A stretch of DNA of 39,305 bases, taken from IMG/VR virus record IMGVR_UViG_3300045988_059606. One strand, 5' to 3'. The translations under genes were made by a program, and so were the position numbers. This DNA comes from a virus. Shown one piece after another: positions 17,909 through 25,519 of the stretch. The notes below the pieces were generated by a model that ran no database searches, was not told where the DNA came from, and saw nothing but the letters and a program-made list of their open reading frames with translations. Within the stretch, counting starts at the first letter, position 1. Every line of letters begins with the position of its first letter.

Positions 17909-18233
17909 ACCTCCATATGTTCTTATTGCATTTCTTGGCTAACTCCAACTCCGCCGCCATTCCCTCGCTTACTCCGTATCTCTCGCCAACAAATACTACC
18001 TCGCATATATTTAACAACTGCTGCCCGATCTCTAATCCTTGTTTTCTTTCCTCCGGGATCTTGTCGTTAAGCACCTGCGTTAAATATAGGTGCGGGGTTA
18101 TTGGTGTGTACCCCGCGTTAATTGCCCTTTCTGTAATCTCTCGCGCGTATCTCCTATTGCGGATCCGCTTAAATATGTTTCCTCTGTACGGACTGCACAC
18201 ATAACAATACGCCTTTGTGTTAATTCCTATCAT
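17892..18233 (-). CDS. DUF4406 / nucleoside 2-deoxyribosyltransferase-like protein
   Basis: SPYRGN...N...A...GYTPITPHLY...SEGMAAELELA pattern. Confidence 0.5.
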   Translation of the reverse strand: MIGINTKAYCYVCSPYRGNIFKRIRNRRYAREITERAINAGYTPITPHLYLTQVLNDKIPEERKQGLEIGQQLLNICEVVFVGERYGVSEGMAAELELAKKCNKNIWRFDNDR

Positions 18234-19588
18234 TTATTCGCCCTCTCTTTCATTCTTAAGGCTACGTCCTGCAATACGCTTAAGTCCTCCTCCGTCGCCC
18301 ATATTGCCAACCCTGCTATTTCCCTGGCGGTTTCTTTGATCCAATACGGTATGTCTATTTCCTCGGTCTGAACGGTTACGACTTTTGTTAAAATCAATGC
18401 GTCTACAATCTCTGTAAACTCCTTAAGGCATATTTCGCCGACTGCTGCCGCCTCGGTTCTCTTAACTGTTACCTTGTCTGTTATTTCTACTTGGCACGGT
18501 TCCCCGGTTCTTGCTGTGTATGCCGTTAATATTCCTTGGTATTCCCTTATAAAATCCGGTTTTGATGTTGTCGGATCTACCCAACCGCTCCAAAAGTCCT
18601 TGTCGAATAAGTCAGAATAGATTATTGCGTCTATGTAATACGCTATGTTCATTCCGTTGTATTCCTTGTTTGGGTTGATCTGTCCAGCTATAACAAGGCT
18701 TTTTCGGTCTGTGTTGTCTGTCTGCCTCGTTATTGTTACCTCCGTGTTTGGTTCGTCCTCTGTTTTGTTTTCTTCTGTCTTGATTTCCTGCGGTTCCGTC
18801 TTGTTTTCTTCCTGCTTGTTGCTCTCCGGCACAATACCCGGGTAATCTTCGATATTTATTTGTCCGGGTAACTGTTGCTCCGGTTCTTTGATCTGTGCCG
18901 CCTCTTTTGCCTTAATACCGCCGGTTTCTTTGTATTTCTCTAATAATTGGTGCTGCTCCTCCGGTGTCGCTCCTGCGATCTCGTTAGCTGCGGTTGTTGA
19001 GATCTTACCCGCTTTGTATTCTTCCAAAAAATCCGGTATGATATTGCGGCGGATATTGTCTAATCTGCCTATTGTACTCTTTGATGTATTTAAGATCCCG
19101 GCTATAACGTCTCTCTTTCTTCCGGGCACATTGTTGTATTTTGCGTATTCCTCTAATAACTCTCGTACCCTTTGGATCTCCTGCATTTTGCAGTAATCGG
19201 ATCTTTCCCGCTGCGTAGAATTTGTGAATATTAAAATTAACTCATTCTTAACGCCGTCCGCGTCACTCTCTACTTTGCATGGCAGCAGGGGCGAAACTTC
19301 CTTGCCCTCTGCTAATAACTCTGTTACTGCGCGGTGTCTCTTGTGTCCTGCGATAATCTCATAATCTCCGGCGTTTTCTCCTGCACTTATCTTTTTGACT
19401 ACTAAATTCTCCTGCACACCTACTAACTCTATTGTTTCCTTAAGTGCCTCGATCTCTACCGGATCCATTTCATAAAAGTTTTTATTGCTCGGGTGTAATT
19501 TCTCCGCCGGGATCTTTTTAAGTACGAAATCGTCCGCCATTTCTTTTTTACTTTCCGTGTTAAGAAAGTCCTTAATATCAAATGCCAT
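18230..19588 (-). CDS. ParB N-terminal (ParB/Srx nuclease-like) domain protein with a long unknown C-terminal region
   Basis: KIPAEKLHPSNKNFY...VQENLVV...YEIIAGHKRHRAV; GGAGG site before the ATG at 19588. Confidence 0.8.
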   Translation of the reverse strand: MAFDIKDFLNTESKKEMADDFVLKKIPAEKLHPSNKNFYEMDPVEIEALKETIELVGVQENLVVKKISAGENAGDYEIIAGHKRHRAVTELLAEGKEVSPLLPCKVESDADGVKNELILIFTNSTQRERSDYCKMQEIQRVRELLEEYAKYNNVPGRKRDVIAGILNTSKSTIGRLDNIRRNIIPDFLEEYKAGKISTTAANEIAGATPEEQHQLLEKYKETGGIKAKEAAQIKEPEQQLPGQINIEDYPGIVPESNKQEENKTEPQEIKTEENKTEDEPNTEVTITRQTDNTDRKSLVIAGQINPNKEYNGMNIAYYIDAIIYSDLFDKDFWSGWVDPTTSKPDFIREYQGILTAYTARTGEPCQVEITDKVTVKRTEAAAVGEICLKEFTEIVDALILTKVVTVQTEEIDIPYWIKETAREIAGLAIWATEEDLSVLQDVALRMKERANK

Positions 19589-19643
19589 TTGTTCGCCTCC
19601 TATATGTGCCCTACTCGGGCACTCGTCCAATAAATACTATACG

Positions 19644-19847
19644 TCACAACGTTTTTACCTCATGTAACTTTGTATCTAATCTGTACCAACCGTCTAACTC
19701 TAATACAATGTTGTTTCTGCCGGTCGCTACGCTCCTTTCGGCTATAATGTCCGTTATTTTCATTTCCCGAACTTGTCCGCCTTTTTCAAACTGTATCTTG
19801 TCGCCTATCTCATAGTGGCATTTTGCTTTAAACTTAATTACTTTCAT
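19644..19847 (-). CDS. Hypothetical protein between ParA and ParB-like genes
   Basis: 67 aa; GGAGGG ribosome-binding site. Confidence 0.5.
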   Translation of the reverse strand: MKVIKFKAKCHYEIGDKIQFEKGGQVREMKITDIIAERSVATGRNNIVLELDGWYRLDTKLHEVKTL

Positions 19848-20658
19848 TTCTGCCCTCCAAATATTCCGATACAAATTTTTTATAGTCCTGTGCGGCTCCG
19901 CATCTTACTGAATATTCTACAAGCGGCATTTTTGCAAATGTGCTTTCGCTTACTTTCTTTTCCGTCCTGCGGATCCATTGATTAAATACCGGTACATTAT
20001 GCGCCTTTAACCACTCTATGCCCTGATTGTTTACATCGTTATTCTGATACTGCGTGATGATGCACCCGGCAAAATGCAAATTCTCGTTGAAATCTTCCTG
20101 CACCTGTGCGATCTGCTCTAAAAGAATGTCTAAACCGTCAAATGAATATTGATCCATGAATACCGGCACTATTACATCGTTTGACGTTACAAGGGCGTTA
20201 ATGATGCTCATGTTAATATCGGGTGCGTTATCTATGATGCAATAATCGTATGCCTCTGTAAGTGGTAAATAGTCGAATTTCGCCCAACCGTGATCTAAAA
20301 CCTTGCTGTTACTCAATGCCTTTTTAAATCTCGTCTGCTGCTGCCTGCCGGTATCTACAATAGTTCGCAGGTTTGCCTCTAATAAATCCATATTCGCGGT
20401 TATAATGTCGATGTTTTCGTAATCTGTTTTTTTGATTATTTCCGATACATCAATATTTCTTTCTAACATCATGCGCGCAACGGTGTTTTTGTCCTCTGTG
20501 TCGTACTTCTTAAACGCCTTTGATGTGTTCCCCTGCTTGTCATTGTCGATAATTAAAACTTTCTTGTTATGTACTGCTGCCAACGTGTACGCCATGTTTA
20601 CGGCTGTCGTGGTCTTTGCTACGCCACCTTTTAGGCTGATGATTGAAATTGTTTGCAT
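19834..20658 (-). CDS. parA: ParA/Soj-family partition ATPase
   Basis: Deviant Walker A SLKGGVAKTTTAVNMAY; IIDNDKQGN. Confidence 0.9.
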   Translation of the reverse strand: MQTISIISLKGGVAKTTTAVNMAYTLAAVHNKKVLIIDNDKQGNTSKAFKKYDTEDKNTVARMMLERNIDVSEIIKKTDYENIDIITANMDLLEANLRTIVDTGRQQQTRFKKALSNSKVLDHGWAKFDYLPLTEAYDYCIIDNAPDINMSIINALVTSNDVIVPVFMDQYSFDGLDILLEQIAQVQEDFNENLHFAGCIITQYQNNDVNNQGIEWLKAHNVPVFNQWIRRTEKKVSESTFAKMPLVEYSVRCGAAQDYKKFVSEYLEGRNESN

Positions 20659-20671
20659 TTGCTGTTCCTCC

Positions 20672-20935
20672 TTATTCGTGCATTTTTAGCATTTCTGCAA
20701 TCTGTTTTTTCTGTCCTTCCATTGCAATATTAAAAGTATCTTCTGTTGCTTTAACGAAACCTTCTATAAACTGCATATCTTCTTTTTCTATAACCGGCAT
20801 TCCGCACTCGCAATTTGCAAATGCAGCATGAAAAATCTTACTTATCAATACCGGCAATTCATAGTAGATCATGTGTTGCGCATCGTAAAAATTGCGTTCC
20901 CGCCTCTCTTTTGTGGTTAATTCCTTTTCTTGCAT
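20672..20935 (-). CDS. Hypothetical protein
   Basis: 87-aa ORF. Confidence 0.5.
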   Translation of the reverse strand: MQEKELTTKERRERNFYDAQHMIYYELPVLISKIFHAAFANCECGMPVIEKEDMQFIEGFVKATEDTFNIAMEGQKKQIAEMLKMHE

Positions 20936-20944
20936 ATCTGCCTC

Positions 20945-21349
20945 CTAGTTAGACGGTAATTCTTCGCCCTCCGGGATCTGCATAAAACCGTTTTCGTCTA
21001 CCGGTGGTGTCTGTTGTGTTGTACTGCTGCCCTTGCTTTCGCAAAATTCGTGTGCGTCCGCTACAAATTCTGTGTAATATACCTTGTTTCCGTCTTTGTT
21101 CGTGTATGATCCGCTTTGTGCGTGGCACTCTACAATAATCTTTATGCCTTTTCTTATGTATCTCTCCACAAACTCTGCGGTCTTTCCAAATGCAACAATG
21201 CTTAAGAAGTCCGCCTGCTGCCCGCCCTCTTTCTTGTATCTTCTGTCTACCGCAAGTGTGTATCTCGCTATCGCCGTCGGCTGCGCGCCCTCCGTGTATC
21301 TGATCTCCGGATCCTTTGTTGGTCTGCCGCTAAATTTACAATCGTTCAT
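20945..21349 (-). CDS. ssb: Single-stranded DNA-binding protein
   Basis: OB-fold pattern GRPTKDPEIRYT...ARYTLAVDR...ADFLSIVAFGKTAEFVERYIRKG, with an acidic C-terminal tail. Confidence 0.85.
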   Translation of the reverse strand: MNDCKFSGRPTKDPEIRYTEGAQPTAIARYTLAVDRRYKKEGGQQADFLSIVAFGKTAEFVERYIRKGIKIIVECHAQSGSYTNKDGNKVYYTEFVADAHEFCESKGSSTTQQTPPVDENGFMQIPEGEELPSN

Positions 21350-21647
21350 TTCCCTTTGTTCCTCCTCTCCAAACTTCCAATATTGTTTCTACGTTCCATG
21401 CCGTCTGTACTGCGTCTAATGCGTATTCCTCCGGCATTCCCGCCGCTATAACCTCTCGTAGATTTTGCAGCAGTATTAAATATCCCTCGAAACTGTATGC
21501 GTGTTTGGTTGGATCTAATATTTCCGCTGCCTGCTCCGCAAACTCTACCGTTGTTATTCCTGCAATTTCTTGTAACGTTCTTTGCTCAATCTCGCGGTTT
21601 TGTATAATTTCCTCCTGCATTGCTGCTACCAATTTAGATAGGTTCAA
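21336..21647 (-). CDS. Hypothetical protein
   Basis: 103-aa ORF. Confidence 0.5.
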   Translation of the reverse strand: MNLSKLVAAMQEEIIQNREIEQRTLQEIAGITTVEFAEQAAEILDPTKHAYSFEGYLILLQNLREVIAAGMPEEYALDAVQTAWNVETILEVWRGGTKGNERL

Positions 21648-22000
21648 TATAACCTCCCTCCCATTAACGCCCTTATAATATCCTCTCTTTCGTAGGATCC
21701 GGCGCGACTTCGTACCTTTGCAAATCTTTTTTCTAATCTTTTCTTGTCGTAGCCTATCAACTCTGCAATTTGCTTTATTGTGTAGGTTTCCTCTGTAAAG
21801 ATTGCAAATAACTTTTCCTGCTCCTCTGCTTTGTACTTCAGATCTACCGCCCTGCTGCCGTGTGGGCTATTCTTTCCGGTGTGGTGTTCCGGGCATAAAT
21901 ACTTAAAATTCATTGGTATATCTAAACCGCCCTGCGATCTAAATACTATGTGGTGTCTTTGTCCGGGTAAATTGCAGCCCGGCACTTCGCATGGTTCCAT
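21644..22000 (-). CDS. HNH-like nuclease with C-terminal HTH-like segment
   Basis: CEVPGCNLPGQRHHIVFRSQGG...LCPEHH. Confidence 0.45.
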   Translation of the reverse strand: MEPCEVPGCNLPGQRHHIVFRSQGGLDIPMNFKYLCPEHHTGKNSPHGSRAVDLKYKAEEQEKLFAIFTEETYTIKQIAELIGYDKKRLEKRFAKVRSRAGSYEREDIIRALMGGRLY

Positions 22001-22014
22001 TTACTTTCCTCCTC

Positions 22015-22881
22015 TTAAAATCCGTTCCAAACTTTTTCTTCTCTGTATAAAAAGCATTGTTTGTCGTTGCATTCCTCCGGTAACAAGTCCTTTATTCTTT
22101 TTCGTGACTTGCTTATATAAAGTTTTGACCTTATTTTCGTGTCCTTTTGTTTGTCCTCCAACATTTGGTCAAATTCAAGCGTTTTTTCATACTCTTCTTT
22201 ATTGTTCTTTTTTATGAATTTAAAAAAATAATTTGTATGAAAAGGACAAAAACAACACGCGCTCGCCTTTGTTTCAAGCCCCCATATGTCCTTTATGTAT
22301 GCGTAATTGTCTTTTCTCTCTAACCCCATTTCGCAAAGCGGGAATTTATTTACAAACATTTTATGCGGGTTTTCTTTGCATCTCCTTTCTTCCTCTTTTG
22401 AAAACCCCAAGTGCATTTCATGCGCTTTTATGTCCTCCGGCTTTGTTCGTTGTCCTTTTTTGTATCCTAGTAACTGCTGCCTTACGAATTTTTGCATAAT
22501 GCTTATTTTGTAATCTAGCGTACAATTTCGCATCATTTTTCCTTTTTTTCCGCTTTCGTCCACTGACCAAAAAGGTATTGAGACAACGCGTTTGTTTCCA
22601 AAATCTTTTAGGTAGTCCTTATATAGATTGCTTTCTAAAATATAAAACGGTATTCCTGCCCATTCGCAGGCTTGTTGTATGAAATATACCTGCGAATATA
22701 CCCAAGCGGGTTCTAGCCCTAGATCGCAAAATAATATAGCGTCGTAGATTGGTACTTTTTCCGTGTATTTAAACTCGAACTTTTCCGCCGCTATCCTCTT
22801 ATCTCGTATTAACTTGTTTGCGCAAGCCATAAGCGCCAATGCTGTGCTTTGCATTCCTGCCCCGCATGATAATATTTTCAC
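22015..22881 (-). CDS. PAPS reductase-like (adenine nucleotide alpha-hydrolase superfamily) protein
   Basis: N-terminal PP-loop-like LSCGAGMQSTALALM; RNCTLDYKI; C-terminal Cys cluster ACCFCPFH. Confidence 0.5.
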   Translation of the reverse strand: MKILSCGAGMQSTALALMACANKLIRDKRIAAEKFEFKYTEKVPIYDAILFCDLGLEPAWVYSQVYFIQQACEWAGIPFYILESNLYKDYLKDFGNKRVVSIPFWSVDESGKKGKMMRNCTLDYKISIMQKFVRQQLLGYKKGQRTKPEDIKAHEMHLGFSKEEERRCKENPHKMFVNKFPLCEMGLERKDNYAYIKDIWGLETKASACCFCPFHTNYFFKFIKKNNKEEYEKTLEFDQMLEDKQKDTKIRSKLYISKSRKRIKDLLPEECNDKQCFLYREEKVWNGF

Positions 22882-22895
22882 TCTTGGCGTCCTTT

Positions 22896-23323
22896 CTACT
22901 TTCCTAAAATCTCATTACTCAATCTCTTGTAAAGATCTTTGTATAAATCTCTTTCCCTTATGAGTTTTGCGGTATCTGTGCTTATATTGTTTTCCTGCTT
23001 AAGCCCCAACGACTTGCGCAAGCATTGATCTAATAAGTGCATTTCCTCCGGGCTGCATTCTCCGATCAATTCGCCCACGCGATCTGTACTTACTGTCGAT
23101 ACCTGCTCGCATATTACCGTAGACGGTTTTAACCCCCCTCGGTAATAAAATGTGTTGGTAGATCTTTCTTTGGTCTTGTCGTCATATAACATAACTGCAC
23201 GGTCGGGCTTGTCTCTGCCAATTCGTCGCAGGAAACAATTACCGCCGGGCGATCTCCCCACATTTCCGATCCCTGCTCTTTTCTGTTGGATCTTATAAAA
23301 TAAATCTGTCCTCGCTTAATCAT
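22896..23323 (-). pseudogene. MazF/PemK-family toxin gene split by a frameshift at a G6 tract (or expressed by -1 frameshifting)
   Basis: Frame A gives MIKRGQIYFI...GSEMWGDRPAVIVS...SPTVQLCYMTT...LPTHFITEGG-stop. Frame B continues LKPSTVICEQVSTVSTDRVGELIG.... The two frames join at GAGGGGGGTTAA (23129..23140). Confidence 0.75.
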
Positions 23324-23324
23324 T

Positions 23325-23846
23325 TCAATTTTCCTCGCTTTCTATCATTTCGTGCCGTTGCTTTCTCTCTATTCCCTGCGCCATGAATAACATTTTTATA
23401 TCGTCCTCCGTTAACTCTCCGTCGCCCTGTGGTGCGTCCGGCGGGAATATATCTTGCGCTTGTATGAACGCGTCCATAAAAGTTTGCAATTCTTCATAAA
23501 AAACGTTTCTGTAGAAATCAAATTCTAATTCGATTTCTATTTTTTGTGACGGTGTGCAATAGATCCCTAGTTTTTGCCTTTTCCCTTTCGTTCTGTATGG
23601 CGTTCTGTCGCTATCAGCGCCCATAACTTTATACATACATTGTCTAAGTAGTTTGATCTCATGCTTTCCGTTATACGAAAACAACGTATATTCGTATTCC
23701 TCGTTTTCTAATTCCTTTAACGTTGTTATTCCGTTTTCTTTCAACATTTTATCTAGCATTCTCTGCGCGGTTTCTTTCTCTCCCCCTGTGCCTCTTTCTG
23801 CTAATGCTTGCAGCTTTTTAATGCGTGCTATCGTTTTTTCTTCCAT
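23325..23846 (-). CDS. DUF2786-like protein
   Basis: IARIKKLQALAERGTGGEKETAQRMLDKMLKENGI. Its stop lies 1 nt before the MazF ATG. The listed ORF extends to 23978. Confidence 0.6.
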   Translation of the reverse strand: MEEKTIARIKKLQALAERGTGGEKETAQRMLDKMLKENGITTLKELENEEYEYTLFSYNGKHEIKLLRQCMYKVMGADSDRTPYRTKGKRQKLGIYCTPSQKIEIELEFDFYRNVFYEELQTFMDAFIQAQDIFPPDAPQGDGELTEDDIKMLFMAQGIERKQRHEMIESEEN

Positions 23847-23857
23847 TCGTCTACCTC

Positions 23858-24241
23858 TTAACAAAATCTCACATTGTGGATCTGCAACGATATATAAAGC
23901 CCTTTCCATAATTCCACGTTTGCCGGTGGTTTCCCGGTGGCTTTCTTCCATTCCCGCTGTCGCCATTCTTCCAACCAACCGTTTTTAATGCAATTCTTTA
24001 TATATTCGTTATCTAAATGTATTTCCACGTCGCAGGGCTTAATTAAAATTTTTAACGCTGCCGTTGTGATCTTAAGTGCTAATGCGTTCTTTGTGTCGTT
24101 TTCAACTGCTGCCGCCGCTTTTCTCTCGTATCTCTTGCCCTGCCGGTCAATAAAAATAATTGTTGCCTCTGCTTTTCCGGATCCTCTCGGGTTGCCTTTG
24201 TGATCCAATGTAACGTCTATTGTTACTTTCACTTTATGCAC
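23858..24241 (-). CDS. RNase HI-like protein, C-terminally truncated and probably catalytically degenerate
   Basis: Aligns by eye to E. coli RNase HI up to about residue 115: GNPRGSG; TKNALALKITTAALKIL vs TNNRMELMAAIVALEAL; HLDNEY vs STDSQY; GKPPANVELW vs KKPVKNVDLW. Confidence 0.55.
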   Translation of the reverse strand: MHKVKVTIDVTLDHKGNPRGSGKAEATIIFIDRQGKRYERKAAAAVENDTKNALALKITTAALKILIKPCDVEIHLDNEYIKNCIKNGWLEEWRQREWKKATGKPPANVELWKGLYISLQIHNVRFC

Positions 24242-24289
24242 TCTCCTTTCGTCTAGTATTTATTAGACAGCACGCGGGTTTTCAACATT

Positions 24290-25036
24290 CTATCCGCACC
24301 CGCCGCCGGGATCCGGTAACTTAATCATTGTGTAATGTTGTACCGGTCTGCCGTTAAATGGGTTAATACCGTTGTAAACGGTTTCTTTGTCTATGTAATA
24401 ACCTTTTTTCGGTTTTGGATCCTCTAACCACTTCTCGGCTTTCTTTACGATCGTTACTTTTGTTACCGGTTTTATTAAATTCCTGCTGCAACTGTAACGC
24501 TGTCTTGCGCCTCCGTCGTGTTCCTTGTATGTCTTGTCTGTCTCCTTGATGAAATACGCCGCTAACTCCTTATACTGCCCGGTATCGTCTAACGGTGTGA
24601 AATGTGGGCTACCCCACTTCCAACAATCGCGAACGATTTTATTTACGTTTGCCTCGATCCCATTTAGTATTAAATGGTGGTGGATCGCTTTATTTTTGTA
24701 CTCGGTTGTAATTATGTACTTTAGTTCCTCGCCTCGTTTCTTATATTCCCGGCGTAAAGTCCTTAAGAATTTTGTTAACCTCGTCCGCGCCTCTGCCGGA
24801 TCCGGTCTTAGATCTTTTTTGTAGGTTAAGACTAAGTGGTAATCACCGTAACCGAAATTAGCGTTTATAAGACGTCTTAGCCTTGCCTCTGCGTTCTTCC
24901 GGTTTACTTTCTCCATTTCCTCTGCGGTAGGTTTTTCTTTCCCTCCTCTTGGTCTGTGATCTCCTATCCTCTTGGAATAACTCTTTATTACCTCTACCGT
25001 CTTACCTGCCGTTATCTCTGTTCTGTAATACGGCAT
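24290..25036 (-). CDS. HUH-type rolling-circle replication initiator (Rep)
   Basis: The three motifs occur in order: HLVLTY, IHHHLIL (HUH) and AAYFIKET (YxxK). I preferred the ATG at 25036 (GAGG site). The listed ORF extends to a TTG at 25204. Confidence 0.6.
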   Translation of the reverse strand: MPYYRTEITAGKTVEVIKSYSKRIGDHRPRGGKEKPTAEEMEKVNRKNAEARLRRLINANFGYGDYHLVLTYKKDLRPDPAEARTRLTKFLRTLRREYKKRGEELKYIITTEYKNKAIHHHLILNGIEANVNKIVRDCWKWGSPHFTPLDDTGQYKELAAYFIKETDKTYKEHDGGARQRYSCSRNLIKPVTKVTIVKKAEKWLEDPKPKKGYYIDKETVYNGINPFNGRPVQHYTMIKLPDPGGGCG

Positions 25037-25113
25037 ATCCTTATACCTCGTTTCTGTCCTAAAGTTAATAGTTTGAACAAGTCCTAAAAGCGCTTGTTTC
25101 CGCGCCTCTTTTC

Positions 25114-25142
25114 TTGACTTTTGGCACAAAACTTGGTATAAT
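25114..25142 (+). promoter_or_regulatory. Near-consensus sigma-70 promoter on the plus strand (antisense to the operon)
   Basis: TTGACT (25114..25119), 17-nt spacer, extended -10 TGgTATAAT (-10 at 25137..25142). Confidence 0.7.
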
Positions 25143-25148
25143 GATTGA

Positions 25149-25226
25149 TAGATTATTGGTGTTGCAAATTTTCTTTTTATACCAAGTTTGCAGCATGGCG
25201 GCAACTCTCCCGGTTGCCGCTTTTTT
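25149..25226 (+). ncRNA. Candidate antisense small RNA of about 78 nt (countertranscript to the Rep leader)
   Basis: Bracketed by the promoter above and an intrinsic terminator. No plus-strand ORF with a ribosome-binding site is present. Confidence 0.5.
25198..25226 (+). terminator. Rho-independent terminator on the plus strand
   Basis: Stem gcggcaac (25198..25205) / gttgccgc (25213..25220), 7-nt loop, then TTTTTT (25221..25226). Confidence 0.75.
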
Positions 25227-25507
25227 CATGCCAAAACGTATACATATACAAGGGCTATGTGCAGATCGGCATAATTGTATATGCCGCTATTTAATTCTGT
25301 GATCGTGTATCTGTCCTTTTCGTTCGTCCTGCGCGTTCCCTCGGCTCTTAAATGAAATCTCGCTACCTCTCTTTTCTGTAGCGCTTTTTGATCCTCCTTA
25401 TAACCGAAACAGCCTTTATATCCGCGGTATAATACCGTTCCGTCTTTTTCCTCGATTGCCATTGCTACCGGGTTGTCTATAATGTCTATGTGGTCTTTTA
25501 ACGTCAT
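25226..25507 (-). CDS. Hypothetical protein
   Basis: 93-aa ORF. Confidence 0.5.
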   Translation of the reverse strand: MTLKDHIDIIDNPVAMAIEEKDGTVLYRGYKGCFGYKEDQKALQKREVARFHLRAEGTRRTNEKDRYTITELNSGIYNYADLHIALVYVYVLA

Positions 25508-25519
25508 TTCTTGCCTTTC

